A stretch of 64,000 nt of DNA from Octopus vulgaris (GCA_951406725.2 OX597819.1:64232001-64296000), one strand, 5' to 3'; shown: positions 32,770-45,097, numbered from the stretch's first letter. Made by a program: numbers and translations. The notes: a model not told the origin generated them from the letters alone.

Positions 32770-34100
32770 TTAATTATTCAAGATCAATTCTGGGGTATTC
32801 TGGCTCCAGCTGTTGCAGACGCTGAAGAACCAAATAATTATGTCAAGCTGTTGTGATTCAAAGCTGGCTGACTTTCGTTTTTGTGGCACACTATGGAGAG
32901 GTTGTGCTTGTTGAGGGCACAAAAAATGATATTTGATGGTTAGAAATTCTAAAAATCTGTTAAAGACAAAGGAGGCACAATGACCAATTAGGTGAAATGA
33001 AATTCGGATGCGTTATTATAGCAAAGAATATGAGAATTTTTCTAACCCGTAGTTACACAGACATATATTAACAATATCCTATGATTACCTGAACTAAAAT
33101 TTTCTTCAAGAAATGCTAAGTTTTGTGCATATCCACACCAGATTCACAGTTTTGTTTTTGGTTATCCGTGATGAAATCTGAGATATTCTAAGAGAATTGT
33201 CTTTTACAAACAAGGAATCGGTTCCCCACTTTTTATGGGATGGTTACGTAATTCTCATGTAGGCATTAACTGAGAAATTCACACCAAGCGTTGAATGACA
33301 TCAAACATCTGTTGAGGTTTCTAACTGTTTGGTAAGGAACAAGTAGATATCAGAAGCAATCCAGCAGGGAATGAATATCATCCTAGCTTACAATCTACGA
33401 CGTAGTTATTATCTAAGTAGTGGAAAGTGATACCATAGTTTGAACAGAAATCCAGCCACGGGGTTTCACAGATCACAAATGGGTAATCCTTATAGTCAAC
33501 TAAAACTTGATATATCACTCCTGAACAGAACGTCAGAATTAATCTAATTAGTAATAAATTTAAGCAAGATTCCATCCACTGTTGCTATTACATTTATCAA
33601 ATAATCTATGGAATTTACAATAACATAACTAATTCCATTAATCTATATTTACGAAAACATCATCATAATTTCTCGCTTAGCGGCATTACTAAATAATATG
33701 GTTGAGTCCTGCAGAAAGACTGAATCGGCAATAGTAGTAATTAGGTGCTTACTGGCACATACATTTTGACAGCGTCACCGTGTGGGGTAAGATATGCTAT
33801 AGTTTTGTTTCTGTTATACTGGAAATATTTCTACCCACATTCAGTTGCAGTGTGCAAAATTACTTAATAGAGAGGCTAAACTAATGGCTGAATCCTCTCC
33901 TGCCTATGTAACTTGTTTGTCGCAATTCTACGTCAAGTGATTGGCTATCCGTTATACAGCTGATAAAATGCGTTGCGTTACTAAGGGCAAATTTCAGATT
34001 TACTCTATTGATTGAAAGTAACAGCTGTGGCTGTGGATTCAATGTGTTACAGACTGACCTCTTGTCTCATACGCTTAGTCACTCACATATTACATGAACT
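32770..34100 (-). pseudogene. Ancient L2/CR1-type LINE relic
   Basis: Remnants NYGITFHYLD (~HGxxFHxYADD), WIASDIYLFLTKQLE (~WMxxNxLKLNxxKTE), TLGVNF (~NLGVxFD) and FFSV..W..P near the C-terminus. Confidence 0.45.
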
Positions 34101-34500
34101 TAAATAATCTCCAACCATATGTGTCCTTTAATCTTGGGAGATAATTTAATGTACAACAAATTATGTCAACCAGCAATCATTTGAATGGATCTCTATTTTA
34201 TGACCCACAAAATTATGAAAGTCAAAGTCAATCATAGGCTGTGTAAATCATTACAGATTATATTTCAGCGATAAAACGACATGAAATCATGCAGTTTGTC
34301 ATTCTAGAGAATTACTCAATATATACATTTTACATAACAGAAAAACGCAGTGGTGTGCTATGAATGGGGCTGAACACACACCTTCACTTTTAAACAGTTT
34401 GCTGCATAGATTACCTATCACTGGTTGTCATCGTTTTACACCGAGAGAATAACTAAAAATGTTACAGCAGACTAACAAATTTTGAAAGCTTTAGTATATA

Positions 34501-34687
34501 GGCGCAGGAGTGGCTGTGTGGTAAGTAGCTTGTCTACCAACCACATGGTTCCGGGTTGAGTCCCACTGCGTGGCACCTTGGGCAAGTGTCTTCTACTATA
34601 GCCTCGGGCCGAGCAAAGCCTTGTGAGTGGATTTGGTAGACGGAAACTGAAAGAAGCTCGTCGTATATATGTATATAAATATATATA

Positions 34688-34779
<92 letters not shown>

Positions 34780-34996
34780 TGTGTGTGTTTGCGTGTCTGT
34801 GTTTGTCCTCTAGCATTGCTTGACAACCGATGCTGGTGTGTTTATGTCTCCGTTACTTAGCGGTTCGGCAAAAGAGACCGATAGAATAAGTACTGGGCTT
34901 ACAAAAGAATAAGTCCCGGGGTCGAGTTGCTCGATTAAAGGTGGTGCTCCAGCATGGCCGCAGTCAAATGACTGAAACAAGTAAAAGAGTAAGAGT
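34501..34996 (+). mobile_element. Full-length tRNA-derived CORE-type SINE family B (octopus OR-like) with internal (TA)n
   Basis: A box gtggctgtgtggtaag, B box ggttccgggttgagtccc, CORE-like gcaccttgggcaagtgtctt, central microsatellite and A-rich tail gtaaaagagtaagag. The family name is inferred. Confidence 0.85.
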
Positions 34997-35649
34997 ATAT
35001 GATGATCGAATATTATATTGAATTAAAAGTAAGATATCAATGCACATTGGACCCCACTGCAAATAAATACGTGTTACACACAATGTGGTGCTCTGAAACG
35101 CATGATGTTATCTAAATACTTTTACACTTTTTGAACTCCCTGGTCAAAATGATTGAAACCATCAGCTGTAGTAAAGAATGAAAAAAAATTCCAGAGGAGT
35201 AGCGTTTCAGTTCAAAACACAGAGTAGCATAGAATACGCACAAAGATTTTCTCATAACGTGCTTATATCCTTGTGTCTTCAAACGTTGTACGTAATTCTA
35301 TCGGACGCAGAAATTACTTACAGAAAAGATTCAGTTAAAAATGTTACCTGATTTCGATATATTACGTCGAACACAACGAATCGAATCGTTGGGAAATTAA
35401 AAATCACTCATATAAAAGGGAAAAAGATAAACATGTGAAACTATTTTTTACCAAAGACTTGTTATATAATGCTTTATTTGTTTAGTCTCTCAAACTCCAG
35501 AGAAACTTGGATAAATACCGGCCTAATTTACCTTCTTGGTTCGAGAAGTAAACTTACAACAAATCACATCAGCAAAAACAATGGAATGGTTCACGCTCTC
35601 ACGCTACTTTCTTTTTCCGAAACACTCTTTGGCATTAAATCAATTAACA

Positions 35650-35681
35650 ATAGTAGTAGTAGTAGTATTAGTATCAGTATT

Positions 35682-35718
<37 letters not shown>

Positions 35719-35723
35719 GTAGT

Positions 35724-35820
<97 letters not shown>
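35650..35820. repeat. (TAG)n/(TAT)n compound array
   Basis: Directly visible. Confidence 0.9.
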
Positions 35821-36205
35821 AAAATATGAATGTTGAAGGATAAAATTAATGAGGACGATAATGATAATGAGAAGCTTGACTGCTGTCCATTTGAGGATCT
35901 TGATGATGAAGATGATGATGATGATGGTTGTGGTGGTGGTGGTGATAAGGAGGAGGAGGAAAAGAGCGATAAGAATAAATATGACGGCAAGATTGCTGAT
36001 GGAAATGCGAGTAAGCAACAAATTCAACTTGTAAACAATATTCATCAGTAAAAAAAAATATGAAAACTACTAAACAGTACAGATAATAGCATAAAACATA
36101 GAAGAAAAAAAAAAGATAAAGGGTCAGACATCAAACGGGGGAACAAAGACGTGCACACATACTCACACATATATACTGGCATAAACACGCGCACACAGAC
36201 ACGTA

Positions 36206-36245
<40 letters not shown>

Positions 36246-36682
36246 CATAATGATAGAGATAGAGAGAGAGGGAACCATAGAGAGAGAGCGAGTTAGAGAG
36301 TGAGAAAGAAATACTGTTAGACAGACGGAATGAGAGAAATAAAGAGACAAGGTGAGAGAGTGAGATGGAGAGAGGAAGGCCATATTACATTATTAATAAT
36401 GAGTTGATCTGACCATCAAAATGTCATTTAGTCGAAAGCTTGTTATCTCACAAAGATGAAACGTCACTTGAGATGCTCAAAAAATAAAAATGGTATTTTA
36501 TTATTAGTATCTTCATTTTTTTTTTTTTTTGCATTTCTGTATTTAGTTTTCGGAGTTCATTTTTTCCTTCCGTATATCAAACAGAATAGCTAATGAGTTT
36601 TGAAGTTGACGCTATGATGACTAGAAATGACGAAGCCTCGAACAACATTCACGTGTACCTACAAGCTTACGTATGTCCTTTG

Positions 36683-36724
<42 letters not shown>

Positions 36725-36732
36725 CAAAGGAC

Positions 36733-36825
<93 letters not shown>

Positions 36826-36921
36826 CGTGTGTGTATGTATACATACATATATGCATATATATATTTCTGCTTTCTGAATATATACATACACACTAAGTAC
36901 ACGCACACACATACACACACG

Positions 36922-36990
<69 letters not shown>

Positions 36991-38511
36991 ATATATATAT
37001 ATATATGAAATAGTGTACTTTAAACACAAGAGAAACTACCTTTAACAGGTAATCTTACACGCAAGAAGAAGCAGTCAAAACGACCAAAACCACATTTGAG
37101 GGCAATTTCGAAGGGAGTGCGCGTGTGTGTGACATGTGTTTCTCAATTGGTTTATATTTGAGTGTGTGCAGATACCGAGATAGATCAAGAGTGTTCTGTA
37201 CTTTGTTTGATGTTAATATTCTTTCAGTTTATTCTCTTCTGCTCGTGGCATACGGCTCTTTGTTTTGTCATGTATTTGATTATATTGGGTTTACATAAGT
37301 AGAACGTATACGTACACATAACAGAGCATTCACGCACCCATACATTCTTCTGTGCATGCATACATAGAAACATAGACACATCGACAACGAGATAGACAAA
37401 TAGATATGTAGGTAGCTAGATAGATAGATAAAGGCAGAGAGCGAGGGAGAAAAAGAAACAGAGCGAGAGAGAGAGAGAGAAACAGAAAGACGAAGCATGT
37501 TTATGTGTACATACACACACATATTAAAGTGTATGTACTTGCGTGTGTTTGTGTGTGTGTGTGTGTATGTGTATGTGCCTGTGTGTGTATCTGTGTTTAA
37601 CTCTGTGTGTGTACATACTTTAAGAAGCTGGAGAATTGAATTTCAATTTTGATGAGAATACAAAATCAGAATTAGAAAATAAAAATAAATATATAAATAA
37701 GTTTTAAAATCAAATTTTCTGTTTCTAATATAGATGCAACATTTGCACATGTCTATGTACAAATACATATGTAAGCATATCCATATTGATATGCACAGCC
37801 TTCTATGTGTATGTTTGTGTGTATATGTGTTTGCCTATGTGTGTGTGTGTGTGTACGTCTTCGTATGTGTCAGTGTTTGTGCCTCTGTCTTTCTGCGCCT
37901 GTATATGTGTGTATATATCAGCATGTGTGTCTCTCGGTTGGCGCGTGTGCGCGTGCATGTGTTTTTATGTATGTGTACGTGAGTATGTGTGTGTGTATGC
38001 CTGTGTATGTGCGTATGTATGTGTGAGAATATGTGGCTGTGCGTGTGTTTTTGCGTCTATGTGTGAGTGTGTGCGCACGTGAGAGTGTGTGTGTAAGTGT
38101 GAATATATGGTCTCAATTGGTATATGTTTTTTTAATTCTTTGGGTTACTTTCACACAAATTACACAGCAACAAATGACCAAATACAAGAACTATTAAACT
38201 AAATGATGTAGAATACACAAAAATTCAATTGTATTTCCTCACTACATTTTAAGCAAACGAATCAGTAGACCCGCCGAGCAAAACTCATAGAAACAATTTT
38301 ATTAAAATTGTGTCAGTAGTTCATTGCTTTTATTCAACAGCAAATTGAACAAAATATATTTACCTAATTTTTTTTGTTATTTCAGTTTTCACATACATAG
38401 AGCAAATTTATCACGCACATGTTCTCATTGATGTATGGATATATGCATGTATGCATGCATGTTTGTATGTACATATGTCCGTACGTACGTATGTACCTAT
38501 GTACGTACGTA

Positions 38512-38547
<36 letters not shown>

Positions 38548-38610
38548 CCTATGCAGGTTTATACAAACACTGATAGATACGTATATATTGTATGTGAATA
38601 TATGATTATG

Positions 38611-38654
<44 letters not shown>

Positions 38655-38681
38655 ACACACACTCATATATATATATTTATA

Positions 38682-38727
<46 letters not shown>

Positions 38728-39798
38728 GCAGATACATAGATACCTATGAAATTTGCAATAAAATGATTGTGCAATAAAACAGTTCGTGCCATACATTAGA
38801 AAAAAGACATTAATTTAAGCATAATGTTCAAAGATAAAACATAATTAAGTGGAGCTCAACGTGCAGAGATAAAACAATTATAGCTTAAAGGTTATACAAT
38901 CATAGACATATAACAATAATTATCTCCACAAAAAATGCAGGAACAAAGAAGCGGAGTTAAATTCTATGATAAGCTGAATAAGTCAACAGATGCAACTTTT
39001 TATGATTTGTAGAAAGTTAATGACATTGAAATAATGACTGCACAACGTATTCTAAACACAAGAAAAGCTATACTTTAGGTTATGACTTTAGGTTACGACT
39101 CACGTAGTATGATGCAGATGGTAGTAGAGATGTATTATATGCATTACCGAACAATGAAACCACGCTACACTCCGTTGAGAAGTAAGGGTTCGGTAGACCA
39201 CTTAAGGAAATATAGAAAAAACGTTCAATTCACACTAGAGTCTATGATATTTCAGCGGTCTTCAGCACCCATGTTGAGTACCTCAATAATTAGAATCATA
39301 AGGTAGTGAACACAAAGTGCATCAAGTTAGAAATGAAATGTGCAACGTTGGAAAGAATCAGAGAGATTTAGGTGTATATTTTCACAGCACAAACTATCGC
39401 ACAACTATATAGATTTTTCATCTAGTCCCCATACAAGGTTGCCGCAACACAATAAAATATTGTCTTGCTTCCTCAGCTTAAAAGAAAGGTAAATGAAAAA
39501 CATTTTGTAAAAGCTTGGTGAATATACAGAACTGAAGGGTTTTAACCGAGAAAAAGACAGATAATTACTAATCAGCATCTTGTACCTGCAGTTAACTGCC
39601 ATATAAATGAATACTTCACAACGCAGCTGTGTTCAAATCCATTACATATAGACTACTCAGACACTCAGACACACACACAAACACACACACACACAAACGA
39701 ATGTATATATAAGTACATATATATATATAATATATATTATACGCATATATAAATATATACATACATAAACACACACACACATATATATACATATATGC

Positions 39799-39846
<48 letters not shown>

Positions 39847-40671
39847 AGAATTTACAAAAAACAAAAGACGAAGATAGGTGATGTAGACAACAAACATATG
39901 TATTAGTATAACGCTCGGGAATTGAAAAAAGTCATTAACGCCTCCAGCCTACGCTCATCAACAGAAAGGAACACAGAAAGAAAGAAGGAGAGAAAATAGA
40001 GAATGTGTAGTGGGTAGCGATCCATCATGGCGACTGATATATATATATATATAGTGATTACCGTCTCGTTTTGCATCCTCATTCTCAATAACATTTCTGA
40101 CTTTCTGCCCATGACCTCTCAGGTGGCTTTTCGGTTCTTCTGCAGATGTGTATGGTTTGAAGTATAGGTGAAAGACAAATTTGTAACTTAGTGTGTCTTC
40201 CAAACTGCTTAGGTCCACATACGTTGGAAGACTTTTGTCGCCATAGGACTTTCAATGGATTCGATTAAAATGGGTAACCACGAAGATATATCTCTGATGA
40301 TTTGTCAATATTACCTGGTTACATGCCGGAGCGAACTGGCCATTAATCCCATGAAAGCACAAGTTATCTATATTAGTCTTCTTCTTCGTTTTGGTAACAT
40401 GTTTCTAGGGTCCTTCACTCCTGGTAGTTTTATTGCGCGCTCACATGTATTGTCACCATATATGCTAGTTAAGCCATAGCTTCTACCACTAGCGTTGCAA
40501 TTATCCTGCATTCTATTAGACCTGGTTCTGTACGCCTCAACACCCTAGAACTCGTGAATCAGAGGACCAATACAGGATATATATATCATCAAGATTCAGT
40601 TGAATTGACACTAGCACAACTTTCTTACTTAATTATCTTCTCTCTGTCTGACTGTTTGCTTCTCTCTCTGT

Positions 40672-40759
<88 letters not shown>

Positions 40760-40762
<3 letters not shown>

Positions 40763-41251
40763 AAAGTTGTTTGATTTCTTGGTTGAATGTCTCATTTTGT
40801 GATGCGAACGCTTTAAGTGGCGGTAGATGTGGTAGGATTGGCGCAGAAATTTACAGGGACATGTAATAAGTGGCGAGGAAGCGACTAGACTGGGTGAGAA
40901 ACCCTCAAAGCTGTGGTTACTAAGGCAACAAAACCCAGACATTGACAAGTGTTTGTCGTTTCTTCCTTTCAGATATCACCCTGTCTTCCTCGATCTCTCT
41001 CTTTCCATCCTTCCCTTCACGTTCACTCTATAACGAAGTTTGACACCCTCCACTTTCATTCCCACTCCGCCTTCGCCTTGTCTCTGTCACTATCTCTCCC
41101 ACCACCTCTCTCACTGTACATCTGACTGCATCTATAGAGAGAAAGCTTTGACAGCCGCAAAAGTTTAAATATTCCCGCCACAGGTCTTTTAGAACGGTGA
41201 AATATTATCGCACAATCATAACAGATATTATTAATCAGATATATTGTGTAA

Positions 41252-41327
<76 letters not shown>

Positions 41328-41860
41328 ACATAAATATATATACATATATATAATATGTATACATATATATATATGTGTGTGTGTATATATATAATCATCA
41401 ATATCTATAAAGCTGAAATGCGAAAAGTTGTTTGATTTCTTGGTTATTTGTCTCATCTGGGGATGGGAACTCTTTAAGGGACGGTAGATGGGTTTGGATT
41501 GGCGTCAAAATTTACACTGGGTGGTAAAATGGGGTTGATAATGGTGTGAGGAGGGTTGCAAGTGGCTCGAGGCTACCGTTTGGTTGCCGTGATGAGCAAT
41601 ATGGGAAAATTTGTGTTTTATGGGATAGACAGGTTGCGCAGTTTGAATAATGGTGGCTTTTCATGTTGCTGCAGGGGCTAGAGGCGGTTATCTTAAATCT
41701 CTTCTATAAAATGAAGAAGGCGAACGTTGATACAACTTGGATTTTTATGTAAAAAGATGCCTAAATGGGGTTGGAAGGGGATTAAAATTTACAGGATAGG
41801 GTAACTTGAAGTGACAAATTGATTGGGAGACATTTTGGGGCGCTACAGTGGTTGCTTTGC
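40760..41860 (-). mobile_element. Two related decayed fragments, possibly Penelope-like ORF N-termini
   Basis: 40762-40860 and 41425-41520 are mutually similar (aagttgtttgatttcttggtt..). GFCCLSNHSFEGF weakly resembles PLE N-terminal FLxxCxxxxLIPKGF. Confidence 0.3.
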
Positions 41861-42560
41861 TGTGAAAACGGGGATTTTATTGATCTTTGGGAACACTTGT
41901 GGGGGGGGGCGTCCAGATTGGACGCGTTTTGCTCGATTTCAATAGAATTTTCAACAAGTGGAAGCGGATTTGTAATATAAGCACGGAAAATGGATTCGAA
42001 ATTTTGAAAATTGAGGCAAGATTTTTGAAGTTGCAAAACATTTCTCATTTTTACGTATTTTTGCCTTTACTTTTTTTATTGTTTACAGTTTTCATATTTT
42101 CTGAAAGAAATTTCCAACTGCATGTAACCTGTGTTTAGAGCTTATATTTGCATGGTCAATCGCCGAAAAATTCCCAAACTAAGTACTAAATTTACCAAAG
42201 AAATCCCTTTTTCCTTATTCTTAAATGCGCGAAGAGTGGCACGTACAAAAAGCAAGTGTGCTTTGCGTTGTCACTACCTAATATTTATGATTGATCTTTC
42301 AAAATATTTCTTTGTCAACTTACTCAAGATCTTTTATTTTTATAAATGGGAGAGAGAAAGAGAGAGAGAGATAGAGAAAGATAGAGAATAAGAGAAAGCG
42401 AGGGAGAGTCCGAAAGAAAGGAGGAGTAAGAGAGTGGGAAAGTGACAGAGAAAGGAGACAGAAACAAAGAGGGAGAATGTGGCGATAAGAAACAGAATAG
42501 AAGCAACAGAAAGTAACAACCACACCCTCACCCACGCGTAGAACAGGTCACCTTAAGCTA

Positions 42561-42600
<40 letters not shown>

Positions 42601-42929
42601 AACGAAAGACAGAAGATGGAATATACAAGAAGAATTTATTATTACTTACAATTGTTTCGACACATCTTGCACATCCATTGACCACAACCATATATATACA
42701 TGTATGTAAGTACAGATATATGTATACATGTATATATATTTATACGTATATATATATTCGTCCATAAGTATTTATATTCAAAGGAAATAAGTTTAATAAA
42801 CCGAAGAGGGAGATGTAAATATATATGATAATGAGGAAAGACTGGAATGATGAAAATTTAAACATTTACAGCATCACCATCATGTAAATACACGCACGCA
42901 AGCATATAGAGAAAGTACACACACACACA

Positions 42930-42980
<51 letters not shown>

Positions 42981-43026
42981 GACTATTTGTGCTGAGTGCA
43001 TATATTTATATATTTACATAAATATA

Positions 43027-43083
<57 letters not shown>

Positions 43084-43305
43084 TCAATATAGGGTGGCAA
43101 AAAATTTCGTAGAATTTTTTTGCCACCAGCGGCCTAGTGGGAAAAAATTAAATAGTCATAGACCATTTATAAGTTCAACATCACAATAAAGGAACGGCCA
43201 TAATAGGCCATTCACCCACTAGAAATAACAGCCAAATCTTCAACCGCAAAATAACATTAATTCCGCAAACCAGGAGAAAATTAAAAAAAACATTTACCCT
43301 GTAAT

Positions 43306-43408
43306 TTCTTATACGATGCACCGTTTCATCTATTGTTTAATGGTAAACTAACCTGATTAAATTAAATCAAGCCAATCTTCCATAGGCCGATAGATTCGTC
43401 AGTAAGAA
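43306..43408 (-). ncRNA. Type I hammerhead ribozyme, inverted copy
   Basis: Exact reverse complement of copies 1-3 (TCGTCAG at 43396-43402 is CTGACGA on the minus strand). Confidence 0.9.
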
Positions 43409-43843
43409 CAGCCAGATCGGAACAGATATTTTCACGAGGCACTTCCATCCCTGCCTCGGCAATATCTGACCTAAAATTTTCAAATCATCGCACTCGCGCC
43501 AAATTTATCGGCAGCAAATATAAGCCGCCGATTCCATTACGGAATTAACCAGAAAATTCATAATCTTCAACCGCAAAATAACATTAATTCCGCAAACCAG
43601 GAGAAAATTAAAAGATCATTTACCCTGTAATTTCTTATACGATGCACCGTTTCATCTACGAACTTTTTTGCCACCCTATATTGATTAATTATGAATTTTC
43701 TGGTTAATTCCGTAATGGAATCGGCGGCTTATATTTGCTGCCGATAAATTTGGCGCGAGTGCGATGATTTGAAAATTTTAGGTCAGATATTGCCGAGGCA
43801 GGGATGGAAGTGCCTCGTGAAAATATCTGTTCCGATCTGGCTG

Positions 43844-43946
43844 TTCTTACTGACGAATCTATCGGCCTATGGAAGATTGGCTTGATTTAATTTAATCAGG
43901 TTAGTTTACCATTAAACAATAGATGAAACGGTGCATCGTATAAGAA
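43844..43946 (+). ncRNA. Type I hammerhead ribozyme, copy 1
   Basis: TTCTTA(43844-49)-CTGACGA(43850-56)-ATCTAT..56 nt..ATAGAT(43919-24)-GAAA-CGGTGCATC-GTA(43938-40)-TAAGAA(43941-46). Stems I, II and III all pair and the catalytic core is intact. Predicted cleavage is after 43940. Confidence 0.9.
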
Positions 43947-44325
43947 ATTACAGGGTAAATGTTTTTTCAATTTTCTCCTGGTTTGCGGAATTAATGTTAT
44001 TTTGCGGTTGAAGCTTTGGCTGTTATTTCTAGTGGGTGAATGGCCTATTATGGCCGTTCCTTGATTGTGATGTTGAACTTATAAATGGCTATGACTATTT
44101 AATTTTTTCCCACTAGGCCGCTGGTGGCAAAAAAATTCTACGAAATTTTTTGCTACCCTATATTGATTAATTATGAATTTTCTGGTTAATTCCGTAATGG
44201 AATCGGCGGCTTATATTTGCTGCCGATAAATTTGGCGCGAGTGCGATGATTTGAAAATTTTAGGTCAGATATTGCCGAGGCAGGGATGGAAGTGCCTCGT
44301 GAAAATATCTGTTCCGATCTGGCTG

Positions 44326-44428
44326 TTCTTACTGACGAATCTATCGGCCTATGGAAGATTGGCTTGATTTAATTTAATCAGGTTAGTTTACCATTAAACA
44401 ATAGATGAAACGGTGCATCGTATAAGAA
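44326..44428 (+). ncRNA. Type I hammerhead ribozyme, copy 2
   Basis: Identical 103-nt sequence to copy 1; CTGACGA at 44332-38; predicted cleavage after 44422. Confidence 0.9.
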
Positions 44429-44808
44429 ATTACAGGGTAGATATTTTTTTAATTTTCTCCTGGTTTGCGGAATTAATGTTATTTTGCGGTTGAAGCTTTG
44501 GCTGTTATTTCTAGTGGGTCAATGGCCTATTATGGCCGTTCCTTGATTGTGATGTTGAACTTATAAATGGTCTATGACTATTTAATTTTTTCCCACTAGG
44601 CCGCTGGTGGCAAAAAAATTCTACGAAATTTTTTGCCACCCTATATTGATTAATTATGAATTTTCTGGTTAATTCCGTAATGGAATCGGCGGCTTATATT
44701 TGCTGCCGATAAATTTGGCGCGAGTGCGATGATTTGAAAATTTTAGGTCAGATATTGCCGAGGCAGGGATGGAAGTGCCTCGTGAAAATATCTGTTCCGA
44801 TCTGGCTG

Positions 44809-44911
44809 TTCTTACTGACGAATCTATCGGCCTATGGAAGATTGGCTTGATTTAATTTAATCAGGTTAGTTTACCATTAAACAATAGATGAAACGGTGCA
44901 TCGTATAAGAA
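44809..44911 (+). ncRNA. Type I hammerhead ribozyme, copy 3
   Basis: Identical 103-nt sequence; CTGACGA at 44815-21; predicted cleavage after 44905. Confidence 0.9.
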
Positions 44912-45032
44912 ATTACAGGGTAAATGTTTTTTTTTAATTTTCTCCTGGTTTGCGGAATTAATGTTATTTTGCGGTTGAAGCTTTGGCTGTTATTTCTAGT
45001 GGGTGAATGGCCTATTATGGCCGTTCCTTGAT

Positions 45033-45080
<48 letters not shown>

Positions 45081-45097
45081 TGTGTATATATATGCAC

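Larger units (their letters stand above)
43076..45036. mobile_element. Hammerhead-ribozyme-containing ~482-nt tandem/inverted repeat array (non-LTR retrozyme-like), inserted in (TA)n
   Basis: Plus strand 43655-45036 holds about 2.9 head-to-tail units (period 482-483, measured at the ribozyme: 43844, 44326, 44809). 43076-43564 is a reverse-complement full unit and 43562-43658 a partial reverse-complement piece. Both flanks are (TA)n. There is no meaningful ORF. Confidence 0.9.

Noticed and set aside
33378-33575. ORF resembling a signal-peptide protein (MESCLNLLLIRL..)
   Set aside because: It is better explained as part of the decayed L2-type RT relic.
35830-36051. Acidic 73-aa ORF (MLKDKINEDD..)
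   Set aside because: It is a drifted GAT/GGT/GAG trinucleotide tract adjoining microsatellites, with no domain or supported splice context.
39085-39185. Candidate exon (ttag|..|gtaagg) encoding YDSRSMMQMVVEMYY..
   Set aside because: Splice-like signals are common by chance, the product is unrecognisable, and no partner exons were found.
43076-43564. Second hammerhead on the antisense strand of the monomer (ambisense, viroid-like)
   Set aside because: No CUGANGA box is present on the antisense strand of the unit.
43088-43680. Apparent Tc1/hAT-style MITE with TAGGGTGGCAAAAAA TIRs and TA flanks
   Set aside because: The inverted match extends beyond the putative TSD and is simply the inversion junction of the 482-nt ribozyme repeat.
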